64,000 nucleotides of DNA from an uncultured Spirochaetota bacterium (GCA_963734495.1 CAVTHK010000005.1:1-64000); one strand, 5' to 3'; shown: positions 18,836 through 29,000, counted from the stretch's first letter. Notes: generated from the letters alone by a model not told the origin. Translations and numbers: made by a program.

Positions 18836-19515
18836 AGCACTTCCGGATTCCCACGGCACTTCGGTCCGTGACCGCCGCGGCGCTGCTCGCGCTCGCGGCG
18901 GCTTCCGTCTTCGCCGACTCGCTCGACGACGCCCTCGCGCGCAGCCCCTATGCGGCCGCGGACCGCGAGCGGATCGCCGCCGTCGTGAGGCAAGCCGAGC
19001 GCCGGGGGATTCCGCTCGAGATCAGCCTGCCGCGGCTGGAAGAGGGCATCGCCAAGCGCGTGCCCGCCGCCCGGGTGCGCGACGTGCTCTCGCAGGAGAT
19101 CGAGCGCATCGACCAGGCTCGAAGCCTCCTCGCGGCTGCCGAGCCGGAGGGAGAGATCGCGCGGCTCCCCGAGGCCTGGCAGCGCTGCGCCACGCTGCTC
19201 GCGTGGGGAGCGAGCCCCGACGAGATCGGTTCCCTCGCCCGGGGATCGTCCGGCAGGCTGGACCGATTCGCACAGTCCGCGAGCCTTTTCGTGTCGCTGG
19301 CCCAGTGGGGCCTCGAACGAGGCCTCGCGCTCGAAACGGCGACGGCGGCGGCGGCGTCGCGCGTCCCCGCGAACGACCTCGCCGGGATCGCGGCGATGTT
19401 CACGGCCGGCCGCAGGCAGAGACGCGATCCGGCCGAGCTCGCCCGCGCTCTCATCCGCGAGCTGCCGGAGGCGAGGAGCCTGAGACAACTGAGGGAGAAA
19501 ACGCTCTATGAATAG
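18832..19515 (+). CDS. Exported hypothetical protein
   Basis: Signal peptide ending VFA, RLEEGIAKRVP; ATGA coupling with upstream gene. Confidence 0.75.
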   Translation: MKHFRIPTALRSVTAAALLALAAASVFADSLDDALARSPYAAADRERIAAVVRQAERRGIPLEISLPRLEEGIAKRVPAARVRDVLSQEIERIDQARSLLAAAEPEGEIARLPEAWQRCATLLAWGASPDEIGSLARGSSGRLDRFAQSASLFVSLAQWGLERGLALETATAAAASRVPANDLAGIAAMFTAGRRQRRDPAELARALIRELPEARSLRQLREKTLYE

Positions 19516-20584
19516 AAGATCCCCGATCCCGCGGTCGCTTGCCGCGGTCGCTCTGCTCGCGATCATCGCCGTGCCGGCCGCGCCCGAGCCGGCTCTGCAG
19601 ACGCTTCTCCTCGGCCTGTCCGCGGGGCCGGCGTGGAGCTCGGATGCGGGAGCGGACCCGGAACTGGTGTCGCGCATGCTCGCCTCGGCCGCCTGGGGGT
19701 ACCGCTCTCCCCTCGGCGAGTCCGGCTTTGTCGCGATCACCTCGAGCGCCGAGGCGCAAATCGACGACGCCGATTCGTTGGTGGCGCGGCCCGCGGCGGG
19801 GCTCGAGGCGCGTGTGGGTGCAGGCCCCGGGTCCTTCGACGGCAGGACGAGCGTGCGCGCATCGCTCTTCGGCGACGACCCGTACGTGCTGGCCGACGGC
19901 CGCTTCGGCTACCGGCTCGAGCCCGACGGGCTGCAGCCCGGCATCTGGCTGGTGGGCCTGCTCGACGCGAGGCCCGAGTCGGCGGACGACCGCGCGGGCG
20001 GCGGCGTGCGGCTCGGCGCCCGGACCGTCGGGTCCGTGCGCTTCGGCGTCGATGCGAGCGCCGGCGCCCTGGTCGAGAGCTGGTACGAGACTGACGTCTA
20101 CACGGACTCCGGGGCGCCCTCCGGCGACAAGCGGCTGGACCTCGTGACCGATCTCACGCTCGAGATCGGCGGTCTGGCCGGCTATTTCGTCGAGTGGTCC
20201 GCCGGGGTCCAGGGCTCCTGCCGCTTTTCGAACGCCAACCGGCTCCTCGCGGGAGCGAGCGTCGACTCAGACTCGGAGAGCCGGATCGGCGCCTCCGCGT
20301 GGGGCTCCCTGTCCTGGAGCCCGACGAGCGCGCTCGGCCTCGAGCTGCGCCTGGCCGCGGCTCCTTCGTGGTACCTCGGCCGGGAAGCCTTGAGCGACGC
20401 GGGCGTCCCGACCGGCGACAAGCTCGGCACGCTCGACCTCGAGGCGACGCTGCGCCTCGACTGGTCGCTCGGCGGGAAGACATGGTTCGTCCTGCAGGGG
20501 CAAGCGCGCAGCACGACCTCGAACGACGACGCCGAGGAGAGCTGGGACGCGGCCGTGCGCGCGGGCGTCGAGATCGCGCTGTAG
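19508..20584 (+). CDS. Putative outer-membrane beta-barrel-like protein
   Basis: Signal peptide, alternating hydrophobic strands, C-terminal VRAGVEIAL. Confidence 0.6.
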   Translation: MNRRSPIPRSLAAVALLAIIAVPAAPEPALQTLLLGLSAGPAWSSDAGADPELVSRMLASAAWGYRSPLGESGFVAITSSAEAQIDDADSLVARPAAGLEARVGAGPGSFDGRTSVRASLFGDDPYVLADGRFGYRLEPDGLQPGIWLVGLLDARPESADDRAGGGVRLGARTVGSVRFGVDASAGALVESWYETDVYTDSGAPSGDKRLDLVTDLTLEIGGLAGYFVEWSAGVQGSCRFSNANRLLAGASVDSDSESRIGASAWGSLSWSPTSALGLELRLAAAPSWYLGREALSDAGVPTGDKLGTLDLEATLRLDWSLGGKTWFVLQGQARSTTSNDDAEESWDAAVRAGVEIAL

Positions 20585-20591
20585 CGCCGGC

Positions 20592-21192
20592 TCAGGAGGC
20601 GGCGCGCGAGCGGTACGCTTCGAGTCGGCGGATGAGGCCCGCGGCCAGCTCCTGCCGCAGCGACTCCAGCGGCGCAGCGCCGTCCGCCGCCGCTGCGCGC
20701 AGGCGCGCGGCGCGGGCCGCGGCGAGCTGCGCCTGACTGCCGGCGGCGGGCGCCGGCCCCCGCCGGCTGCGCGCGCCGCTGGCCGGCCGCAGCCGCGGCG
20801 CGGGCGGCCCCCGCAGCTTCGCGCAGCTTCTGCAGCGCCTGCTTCTGCTGCTCGCTCAGCGCCGCATCGAGGCCGGCGAGCACCTCGCGTGCCTGCCGCG
20901 GCGTGGGGAACGGATTGTCGTGCAGCAGCTGCACGAGCGGCAGGAGCTGCTCCACCTGCCGCGCCGCAAGCGGGGGCGGAAGCTCCACGCCGGCCCCGCG
21001 CTGCGGCCCGCCCGGCACGAGCAGGGCGATGCCGCGGAGGATCCGCTCGTAGCCGAAGCTCGCGAGCGCCGCGCGCGGGGCCGCCGGCTGCGCGCCGAGC
21101 CTGACGGCGCACGCGCTCAGCAGCGCCAGCGCGGCCAACGCCCCCGCAAGCAGAACTGCGCGCCCCGCGAATTCCTTCAATCTCGATCCCAT
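20592..21192 (-). CDS. Hypothetical lipoprotein (+1 frameshift in G-run near 20758)
   Basis: Lipobox LALLSAC; corrected frame ends ...IRRLEAYRSRAAS*. Confidence 0.65.
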
Positions 21193-21253
21193 TCCGCCCT
21201 CCCATGACCTGGCGTCTTCGCCAGGTCCCAAGCCGGCCGTACCCGGCCGGCCC

Positions 21254-23329
21254 TCACTCGTAGCGCAGCGACTCGATCGGGTCCAGGCGCGAGGCCTTGC
21301 GGGCCGGGTAGATCCCGAAGAAGATCCCGACCGAGAGCGAGAACCCGACGGCGAGCAGCACCGTCGCGGGCGAGACGACGGCGGAGAGCTTTCCGACCAC
21401 GCTGATCACGCGGGCCGCCACGGCGCCTAACACCCACCCGGAGAGCCCGCCGATCACCGAAAGGATCACGGCCTCCGTGAGGAACTGCAGCATGATGTCC
21501 TTGCGCCTCGCGCCGATGGCTTTGCGGATGCCGATCTCGCGCGTGCGCTCCGTGACCGACACGAGCATGATGTTCATGATCCCGATCCCGCCCACGAGGA
21601 GCGAGATGCCCGCGATGCTGGCGAGGAGCAGCGTGAGCGTCATCGACACGCTCTCCATGGTGCTCAGCACGTCCTCCTGGCTGATGACCATGAAATCGTC
21701 CTGGCCCGCGGGGGGGATCCGGTGCCTGTCCCGCAGCAGCCACTCCACGTCGCCGCGCGCCTTCTCCATGAGGGATTTCTCCGCGACGCTCACGAAGATG
21801 AGCTGGACCTGCTTGCTGCCCGTGAACTGGTTGATCGCCGTGGTGATGGGGACGAAGACGACGTCGTCCTGGCTGCCGAAGCCGCCACCGCCGCGCTGGC
21901 TCATCACGCCGACCACGCGGAAGGAGCCGTTGCGGATCCTCACGACCTTGTTGAGGGGATCTTCGCCTTCGAACAGGTTGGCCGCGATGTCGTAGCCGAG
22001 CACGCAGACGTTGCGATGCGAGACGACGTCGGCGGCGGTGATAAAGGTCCCCTCCCCGATCGGCCAGCTGCGCACGACCGGGTAGTCCGCCACGGTTCCC
22101 GTGATGCTCGTCGCCCAGTTGTTCCTCTTGTACTTGACCTGGCCGCGCGCGCCCACCTGCGGCGCGACCCCGGCGAGATCCGTGATCTGCTCGCGGATCG
22201 CGTCCGCGTCCTCGAGCGTGAGCGTGCCGGCGGAGCCGGCGCCCCCCTGGGCGATGCCGCTGCGGGTGCTGCCGGGCATCACGGAGAGCAGGTTGCTGCC
22301 GAGCCCCTCGATGCGCTTCTGCACGTCCGACTGCGCGCCCCTGCCGACGGACACCATCGCGATGACCGCTGCCACGCCGATGAGGATGCCGAGCGCCGTG
22401 AGGAGGCTGCGCATCCGGTTGTGCCAGAGAGTGCGCACCGCCGCCTGCGCGTGCTCGAGGATCTCGAGCGCGCTGAACCCCGCGCCCCGGAGGGCGCCCT
22501 CCTGTTCCGCGGCGCCTGGCTCCGCGCGCAGCGCCGCGGCGAAGCCTCCCGTCCGCTCGGGCGCCTTTCGCTTCACGACCGGGCGGTCGGAGACGATTCT
22601 GCCGTCGCGGAAACGCACGAGCCTCCTGGCATACGACGCGATGTCCTCTTCGTGAGTCACGAGGACCACCGTGACCCCCGCGTCGTTCAAGTCCACGAGC
22701 ATCTCCATGATCTCGTGGCTGTGCGCCGTGTCGAGGTTGCCCGTGGGCTCGTCGGCCATGATCACGGTCGGGGAGTTCACGAGCGCGCGGGCGATGGCGA
22801 CGCGCTGCTGCTCGCCCCCCGAGAGCTCGCTCGGCCGGTGAGCGCCCCGCTCGGGCATACCGACGGCCTCGAGCAGCGCATCCGGCCTCCGCCGGTCGGC
22901 CGCCAGCCGCTGCGCCCTGCGGTACGCCAGGGGGAGCGCCACGTTCTCGCGCGCGGTCGTCCGCGCCAGCAGGTTGAAGGTCTGGAACACGAAACCGACG
23001 CGCCGGCTGCGGATGTCGGCGAGCTCGTCGTCGCTGCAAGCGGCGATGTCGCGGCCGTCCATGGAACACGAGCCGCTGGTGGGCCGGTCGAGGCAGCCGA
23101 TCAGGTTCATGAAGGTGGACTTGCCGGACCCCGACGCGCCCATGATGGCGACGAACTCGCCCCGGCGTATCTCGAGAGAGACGTCGCGCAGGGCGACCAC
23201 CTCCGTGGAGCCCATCTTGTAGATCTTGGTGACGTTCTCGACCCTGATCACGGGAGCGATCGATGCGCCGGCGGGCCGTTGCAGGGCCGCGGTCCCGCTC
23301 CTCGGATGCGGTCGCGCGCTGGGTTTCAT
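21254..23329 (-). CDS. macB: MacB-type ABC transporter (ATPase plus permease fusion)
   Basis: [52 protein letters not shown]. Confidence 0.92.
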   Translation of the reverse strand: MKPSARPHPRSGTAALQRPAGASIAPVIRVENVTKIYKMGSTEVVALRDVSLEIRRGEFVAIMGASGSGKSTFMNLIGCLDRPTSGSCSMDGRDIAACSDDELADIRSRRVGFVFQTFNLLARTTARENVALPLAYRRAQRLAADRRRPDALLEAVGMPERGAHRPSELSGGEQQRVAIARALVNSPTVIMADEPTGNLDTAHSHEIMEMLVDLNDAGVTVVLVTHEEDIASYARRLVRFRDGRIVSDRPVVKRKAPERTGGFAAALRAEPGAAEQEGALRGAGFSALEILEHAQAAVRTLWHNRMRSLLTALGILIGVAAVIAMVSVGRGAQSDVQKRIEGLGSNLLSVMPGSTRSGIAQGGAGSAGTLTLEDADAIREQITDLAGVAPQVGARGQVKYKRNNWATSITGTVADYPVVRSWPIGEGTFITAADVVSHRNVCVLGYDIAANLFEGEDPLNKVVRIRNGSFRVVGVMSQRGGGGFGSQDDVVFVPITTAINQFTGSKQVQLIFVSVAEKSLMEKARGDVEWLLRDRHRIPPAGQDDFMVISQEDVLSTMESVSMTLTLLLASIAGISLLVGGIGIMNIMLVSVTERTREIGIRKAIGARRKDIMLQFLTEAVILSVIGGLSGWVLGAVAARVISVVGKLSAVVSPATVLLAVGFSLSVGIFFGIYPARKASRLDPIESLRYE

Positions 23330-23333
23330 GGCG

Positions 23334-24629
23334 TCACCTGAAAGCGCGAAAGACCGCCGGGCCGGCGTTGCGGTTGTTCTGCGCGCCGCCCGCCGGAGCC
23401 GCCGCCGGGCTCGCGCGGCTCTCGATCGCGACCTGGTCCCCTTCGTCGAGCCCGGCCACGATCTGCGTGAGCTTGCCGTCGGTGATGCCGACCTTGACGT
23501 CCCAGCGCACGGTCTCGGACCCGTCGGCGACCTGCACCTGCGCGACGTCGCCCCGCCGCTGGAGGATCGCCGCGTTCGGCAGGACGAGAGCGTCGCCGGC
23601 CTGCTGGGTCGTGACCTCCGCGTCGGCGTTCATCCCCCAGAGCAGCCGCCCGTCCTTGTTCGGCACCTGGATGTCCACTTCCAGCGACGTCACGTTCGAC
23701 TTGCTCACCGCCATCTGCGCGATCTGCGTGACCACGCCGGCGAGGCGCAGGTCGGGGTATCCCCAGGGCGTCACCGCCGCGGACTGCCCGACGGCCACCC
23801 CCGCGATGTCGCTCTCGTTCACCTGCGCGACGAGGATCATCGGGTCGGTGCGGCTGACCACGCAGATGCTGGTCTCGGGGCCGACGAGGTCCCCGAGGTT
23901 CACGTTGACCTGCGACACGACCCCGTCCACCTGCGTGCGGATGCGCGTCGAGTCGAGGGCCAGCCTCGCCTGCTCGTACGCGCTCTCGGCCGCCACCCGC
24001 GCCGACTCCTGGGCGGCGAGCTGGTCGGCGATCGTCCCCTGCTTGAGCTGGTCGAGCGTGGACTGCGCGTCCTCGCGCTGAGCCTGCGCCTGGAGGAGCG
24101 CCTTCTGCGCGTCCAGGAGCTGCTGCTGCGACGCGAGCCCCTTGGCCAGCAGGCTCTTCGTGCTGTCGTACGTGTACTGCGCGCTCTGCGCCGCGATCCC
24201 GGCCTGCTGCAGCGCGCTCTCCGCCTGCTTCATGCTGTTCGGCGTCGAGATCTGCATCTCCTTGAGCTTCGTCGTCTGCGCCTGCAGGTTGGCCTGGGCG
24301 CTCTTGACCTGGAGGTCCAGGAGGGAGCTGTCGACGGTAGCGACGATCTGGCCGGCGGCGACGCGATCGCCTTCGTTGACCGGGATCGACGTGATCTTGC
24401 GCTGCGGCATGCTCGAGTCCGGGCGGATCGTCGTGGTCTCATCGGGCTCGAAAGTCCCCGAGGCGGGCACGGTGACCGCGATCGCGCCCCGCGCGACCTT
24501 TGTCACGGTCCAGCTCGCCGCGCGGCCGTTTCGCGCGCCGCGGTTGAGCGCGGTCGCCATGATGACGATGCCGCCCGCAACCACGAGAAGAGCCATCCCG
24601 ACGACGGCCAGTCGTTTTCGTGCGCTCAT
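23334..24629 (-). CDS. Efflux periplasmic adaptor (MacA/HlyD)
   Basis: N-terminal TM, VNEGDRV lipoyl half, long coiled coil, GLDEGDQV. Confidence 0.9.
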   Translation of the reverse strand: MSARKRLAVVGMALLVVAGGIVIMATALNRGARNGRAASWTVTKVARGAIAVTVPASGTFEPDETTTIRPDSSMPQRKITSIPVNEGDRVAAGQIVATVDSSLLDLQVKSAQANLQAQTTKLKEMQISTPNSMKQAESALQQAGIAAQSAQYTYDSTKSLLAKGLASQQQLLDAQKALLQAQAQREDAQSTLDQLKQGTIADQLAAQESARVAAESAYEQARLALDSTRIRTQVDGVVSQVNVNLGDLVGPETSICVVSRTDPMILVAQVNESDIAGVAVGQSAAVTPWGYPDLRLAGVVTQIAQMAVSKSNVTSLEVDIQVPNKDGRLLWGMNADAEVTTQQAGDALVLPNAAILQRRGDVAQVQVADGSETVRWDVKVGITDGKLTQIVAGLDEGDQVAIESRASPAAAPAGGAQNNRNAGPAVFRAFR

Positions 24630-24640
24630 TTCCCGTCCCT

Positions 24641-24781
24641 TCGCGGTCCTCCGCGGTCTTCCGCGCTCCTGCGCGTCTTCGGCGCGCTCCCGCGGTCCTC
24701 CGCGCTCCCGCGGTCTCCCGCGGTCTTTCGCGGTCTCCCGCGCTCCCGCGGTCCTCCGCGGTCTTCGGCGCTCCCCCGCGT
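24641..24781. repeat. Degenerate 8-10-bp tandem repeat array (CGCGGTCYYY / CGCGCTCC)
   Basis: Roughly 14-15 units fill the tolC-adaptor intergenic space. Confidence 0.8.
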
Positions 24782-26188
24782 CTATTCGCCCATGCTGTTC
24801 TGGAGCTTCAGCACGGCGAGCTGCAACTGGGTGCGCGCCTGCTGCAGGTCCGATTCCGCGGTGCTCTCGTCCACCGACGCTTCGAGCACGTCGAGCTGCG
24901 ACGCCAGGCCCTGCAGGAACTGGGTCTGCTTGAGCTCGTGTTTCTTCCGCGCGAGGTCCGCGTTCTTCCGCGCCGCCTCCAGGCGGCCCGAGAGCGTCTT
25001 GACGCTGTCGTAGCCCTGCTCGACCTGCTGCGCTATGGTACGGCGGAGCTGCTCTGCCTGGAGCGCCGCGGAAGCCGCCTGCGCCACTGCCTGCCGGCTC
25101 TGCGCGGCCGCCGACCCCGCGTCGACAATCGGAACCACCACCTGGAGACCGGCGTTCCACTGCGCCCCGGCGAGGTCCGAGCCCGTGTCCGAGCGATAGG
25201 TGATCGATCCCGTGGCGGTCACGACCGGCGCCGAGGCTGTCTTGCCCAGGGTCACGTTGAGCGCCGCGACGGTACGGCCGACATCGAGCTGCTGGAGGTC
25301 TCGGCGCGCGGCGAGCGCGCGCTCGACCAGCGCGTCCAGCGACTCCGGCGCGGGCGCCGGCTCCCCGACGGCCTCGACGGAGTACTCGGACCCCTTGGCC
25401 ATGCCGACGAGCTGCGACAGCGACTCGCGGTTGTCGCGCACCTGGTCCATGGCGTCCTGCAGGTCGAGTCGGGCCGTGTCGAGGTTGAGCTCGGCCTGCG
25501 ACAGGTCGACGAGCGTCGCCCGGCCCGCGTCGTAGAGAGACTTCGTCTGCTCGTACTCCTGCTCGCGGCGGCCGATCACCCTGCGGTCAAGGTCGGCGGC
25601 CTGCTGAGCGGTCGCGAGCGTGTAGTACGCCTGCTTGACCTGGTAGAGCAGGTTGGTGCGGTCGGCCTGGGAGCCCAGGACGGCCTGCTTGAGCTCGAGC
25701 GAGGCGACCTGGTTCGAAAGCTGGAAGCGGCCGCCGAGCGTGCCGTCCCAGACGGTCTGGCTCACCGACGTGTCGATGCCGGTCGTGGCGACCGCGCTGC
25801 GGTCGCGCACCGTCTGCTGCCCGCTCACGCTGACGCTGGTGTTCGGCCTGCTCAGCCTGATGCCCGTGCTGAACGCCTCCAGCTCCTTGTCCTGGAAGGC
25901 GCCGAGCGCGGCCGCGGAGAAGCCGGACCCCGCCGACACCGTCCCGATCTGGCCGTTCTCGTGCTCGTAGCCCCCCGTGAGCTGGAGCTTGAAGCTGTTG
26001 CCGGAGAGGGTCTGCGCCGTCTGCGCGCGCTGCGCCTCGAGGCTCAGGTCCTGGAGCTGCGCGTTGACGCCGTCGCGGAGGGCGCGAGCGAGGGCCTGGT
26101 CGAGGCTGAGCACCTGCGGCTGCGTCTCGGGCCACACGGCCACCGCCGCCCCGATCAGCCAGCTCAGCGCAAAGCCTCCAACGCGCAT
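24782..26188 (-). CDS. TolC-family outer membrane efflux protein
   Basis: LSLDQALARAL, VKQAYY, GLASQLDVLEA; operon context. Confidence 0.88.
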   Translation of the reverse strand: MRVGGFALSWLIGAAVAVWPETQPQVLSLDQALARALRDGVNAQLQDLSLEAQRAQTAQTLSGNSFKLQLTGGYEHENGQIGTVSAGSGFSAAALGAFQDKELEAFSTGIRLSRPNTSVSVSGQQTVRDRSAVATTGIDTSVSQTVWDGTLGGRFQLSNQVASLELKQAVLGSQADRTNLLYQVKQAYYTLATAQQAADLDRRVIGRREQEYEQTKSLYDAGRATLVDLSQAELNLDTARLDLQDAMDQVRDNRESLSQLVGMAKGSEYSVEAVGEPAPAPESLDALVERALAARRDLQQLDVGRTVAALNVTLGKTASAPVVTATGSITYRSDTGSDLAGAQWNAGLQVVVPIVDAGSAAAQSRQAVAQAASAALQAEQLRRTIAQQVEQGYDSVKTLSGRLEAARKNADLARKKHELKQTQFLQGLASQLDVLEASVDESTAESDLQQARTQLQLAVLKLQNSMGE

Positions 26189-26347
26189 CCGTGCCTCCCT
26201 GCGGCAATGTATGCCACGCCGGGGCGTTACGCCATAGAGCAGCCATGAACCGGGTATTAAGAATCTATTGGGAAGGAAGAAGGCGGCCGCGCCGGATCAG
26301 GTGCGCCTTGCGCACGGGGCGCCGGCCGCGCGAGAATGCGGCACCCG

Positions 26348-27634
26348 ATGAAGCGTCTCCCGCAGGTGCCGCCCGACGTTCGCGTGCTCTTTGCCACCCG
26401 CGTGCTGCGCCTGCTGGCCTACGGGTTCCTGTCGGTCGTGCTCGCTCTCTACCTCGGCGAGCTGGACATCACGGACGCGCAGATCGGCCTCCTCTTCTCC
26501 CTGACCCTCGCCGGCGACACCGTCGTCTCGCTGCTGATCACCACCAGCGCGGACCGGCTCGGCCGCCGCAGGATGCTCGTCCTCGGCGCCGGGCTGATGG
26601 CGGCGGCGGGCGCCGTCTTCGCATCGACGCGCGGTTTCTGGATTCTGCTCCTCGCCGCGACCATCGGCGTCATCAGCCCCAGCGGCGGCGAGGTCGGGCC
26701 GTTCCTGTCGATCGAGCAGGCGTCGCTCTCTCACCTCCTGCCGGACGACAAGCGCACGGCCGCGTTTGCCTGGTACAACCTCGTCGGCTCCTTCGCCGCC
26801 GCGGCCGGGGCGCTGCTGAGCGGCGTCGCGGCCGCGGGCCTCCAGGGCGCGGGTCTCGGGGCGGCGGGAAGTTACCGCGTCATCCTGCTCGCGTACGCGG
26901 CGATGGGCCTCGGCCTGGCGGCGCTGTTCCTGCGGCTTTCGCCGGCGGTCGAGGCCGCTCCCCGGGCACGAGGGGCAGGCGCGCGTCCGTTCCTCGGGCT
27001 GCATCGCTCCCGCGCGATCGTGCTGCGGCTCTCCGCGCTCTTCACGGTGGACGCGTTCGCGGGCGGCTTCATCGTGCAGAGCCTCATGGCCTACTGGTTC
27101 TACAAGCGCTTCGGCGCCGAGCCGGCCCTCCTCGGCAGTATCTTCTTCGTGACCAACATCATCGCGGGCGTCTCGGCGCTCAGCGCCGCGGCGGTCGCCA
27201 GGAGGATCGGGCTGGTCAACACCATGGCGTTCACCCACCTGCCGTCGAACGTCCTGCTGATGCTCGTGCCGCTGATGCCCAGCCTCCCGCTCGCCATCGC
27301 GATGGTGGTGGTGCGCTCCGCGATCGGACAGATGGACGTGCCCACGCGCCAGTCCTACACCATGGCCGTCGTGGCGCCCGACGAGCGGGCGGCGGCGTCG
27401 GGGATCACGTCGGTCGCCCGCACGACCGGCGCTTCGCTGGCTCCCGTCTTTACCGGGCTCCTGCTCGCCAGCCGGACTCTGATGGGCGCGCCGTTCCTCA
27501 TCGCCGGCGGGCTCAAGATCGTGTACGACCTGCTCCTGCTGCGCGCGTTCCGCGGCATCCGGCCGCCGGAAGAGCGCGCGCGGCGGGGCGAACCCGCGCC
27601 CGAAACACACAGTTCCCAGGAGGAATCGCGATGA
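26348..27634 (+). CDS. MFS transporter
   Basis: ADRLGRRR motif A, ~12 TM, MDVPTRQSY. Confidence 0.92.
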   Translation: MKRLPQVPPDVRVLFATRVLRLLAYGFLSVVLALYLGELDITDAQIGLLFSLTLAGDTVVSLLITTSADRLGRRRMLVLGAGLMAAAGAVFASTRGFWILLLAATIGVISPSGGEVGPFLSIEQASLSHLLPDDKRTAAFAWYNLVGSFAAAAGALLSGVAAAGLQGAGLGAAGSYRVILLAYAAMGLGLAALFLRLSPAVEAAPRARGAGARPFLGLHRSRAIVLRLSALFTVDAFAGGFIVQSLMAYWFYKRFGAEPALLGSIFFVTNIIAGVSALSAAAVARRIGLVNTMAFTHLPSNVLLMLVPLMPSLPLAIAMVVVRSAIGQMDVPTRQSYTMAVVAPDERAAASGITSVARTTGASLAPVFTGLLLASRTLMGAPFLIAGGLKIVYDLLLLRAFRGIRPPEERARRGEPAPETHSSQEESR

Positions 27635-28089
27635 AGTGGATCACCCGTTCTCACGTTCACGTCGACCGCGTGGCCTGCCCCTGGCTGATCACGCGGTTCG
27701 TCGACAGCGACGCCGAGTTTCTCTTCGTGCCCGCGAGCCAGGTCGAACGGGTCGCGGCGGAGACCGGCGCGACCCCCTTCGACGTGCCGGGCGTCGAGCT
27801 CGGGCACAAGGACAAGCGCTGCTCGTTCGAGTCGATCATCGCGAAGTACGAGCTCAAGGATGCGGCCCTTGTCCGCCTCGCGAAGATCATCCACGCGGCC
27901 GACGTCGCCACGGACATCGACACGGACCCGATGGCCCGCGGGCTCGAGGCGATAGCCACGGGCTTCGGCGTCCGCTATCCCTCGGACCACGAAAACCTCG
28001 CGGCGCAATTCGAGGTCTACGACTCGCTCTACGCCTGGTGCCGCCTGCAGGTGGCGAAAGAGAGCGCGCCGCGCGCCGCGCCGGGCTGA
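27631..28089 (+). CDS. chrB: Chromate resistance protein, ChrB C-terminal domain
   Basis: MKWITRSHVHVDRVACPWLITRFVD...PFD...CSFE...YDSLYAWC; SD AGGAGG. Confidence 0.88.
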   Translation: MKWITRSHVHVDRVACPWLITRFVDSDAEFLFVPASQVERVAAETGATPFDVPGVELGHKDKRCSFESIIAKYELKDAALVRLAKIIHAADVATDIDTDPMARGLEAIATGFGVRYPSDHENLAAQFEVYDSLYAWCRLQVAKESAPRAAPG

Positions 28090-28335
28090 CGGCGCATCGA
28101 CGCACGTCCAGACAGGGCGTGCCCCCGAGCCTCACACGCGGCAAACAGCGGCATCGAGGCGCAGCGGGTGCTCGACGACGACGCCGGGCTCGGGCTCCTG
28201 CGGGCTTCGGTCCTCGCCCCCCGGCAGCGCCCGCAAGCCCCGTGCTTTCTGGGTTGCCCCGAGCCAACCGGACTTGTTGGCAGCGACCGCTCGCCATCCG
28301 TTTGGCCGCCATGCTAATCGCCCATTTACCACTCG

Positions 28336-28371
28336 TTACGTCAGAAAAACATGCTATATTATCTGACGTAA
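28336..28371. promoter_or_regulatory. Perfect 10-bp inverted repeat (likely AbiEi operator) flanking an extended -10
   Basis: TTACGTCAGA-N16-TCTGACGTAA enclosing TGCTATATT. Confidence 0.75.
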
Positions 28372-29000
28372 TGGCGCGGCCGAAGACCAACAACAGCACT
28401 GCGGACCGCATTCTGAAACGGGTCAAGGACGCCCCGACCGACACAGTCTTCCACGCGGCACAGTTTGTCGACCTCGATACCCGCGCGGCCGTGGACCAGG
28501 CCCTGTCCCGGCTGGTGCGTGCCGGCGACTTGAAGCGGCTGGCCCGGGGCCTCTACTACCGGCCCCGCAAGCACCCTGTGCTCGGCTACATTCAGCCTTC
28601 TATCGAAGCCGTAGCCTGCGCTCTCGCGTCACGCGACCGGGTGCGACTGCAACCGTTCGGCGGCTACGCGGCGAACCTGCTCCGCTTGTCCGAGCAGGTG
28701 CCGATGCGGATCGTGTTCATCACCGACGGGAACCCGCGCAAGGTCCGCGTCGGAAAGCAGGTGATCGAGCTGCGGCGGGCTTCGCCTCGCATGATGGCGG
28801 CGGCAGGGCGAACCACTGGGCTGGTGATCGCGGGCCTGCGCCACATCGGCAAGGCCCACATCTCGCCGGAGCGGGTCGCGCACCTCCGCACGTTGCTGTC
28901 TGCCGAGGACCGGCGCCTGCTGCTGAATGACATCGCGCTCGCCCCCGCATGGATGCATCCCTACTTCCGCCTCATCGCAGGCGAAACGGAAGCGTCATGA
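28371..29000 (+). CDS. AbiEi-like antitoxin (DUF6088 type)
   Basis: RAAVDQALSRL...RLARGLY...AANLLRLSEQVP. Confidence 0.85.
   Translation: MARPKTNNSTADRILKRVKDAPTDTVFHAAQFVDLDTRAAVDQALSRLVRAGDLKRLARGLYYRPRKHPVLGYIQPSIEAVACALASRDRVRLQPFGGYAANLLRLSEQVPMRIVFITDGNPRKVRVGKQVIELRRASPRMMAAAGRTTGLVIAGLRHIGKAHISPERVAHLRTLLSAEDRRLLLNDIALAPAWMHPYFRLIAGETEAS

Noticed and set aside
24641..24781. CRISPR array (also considered for 10750-10803)
   Set aside because: No unique spacers, units too short or degenerate, no cas genes
26201..26216. sigma54 promoter for tolC (TGGCATACATTGC, minus strand)
   Set aside because: GG-GC spacing is 8, not 10
28090..28320. Mobile-element end or ncRNA before the AbiE pair
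   Set aside because: Several short hairpins, but no matching terminal repeat, att site, tRNA or integrase was identified
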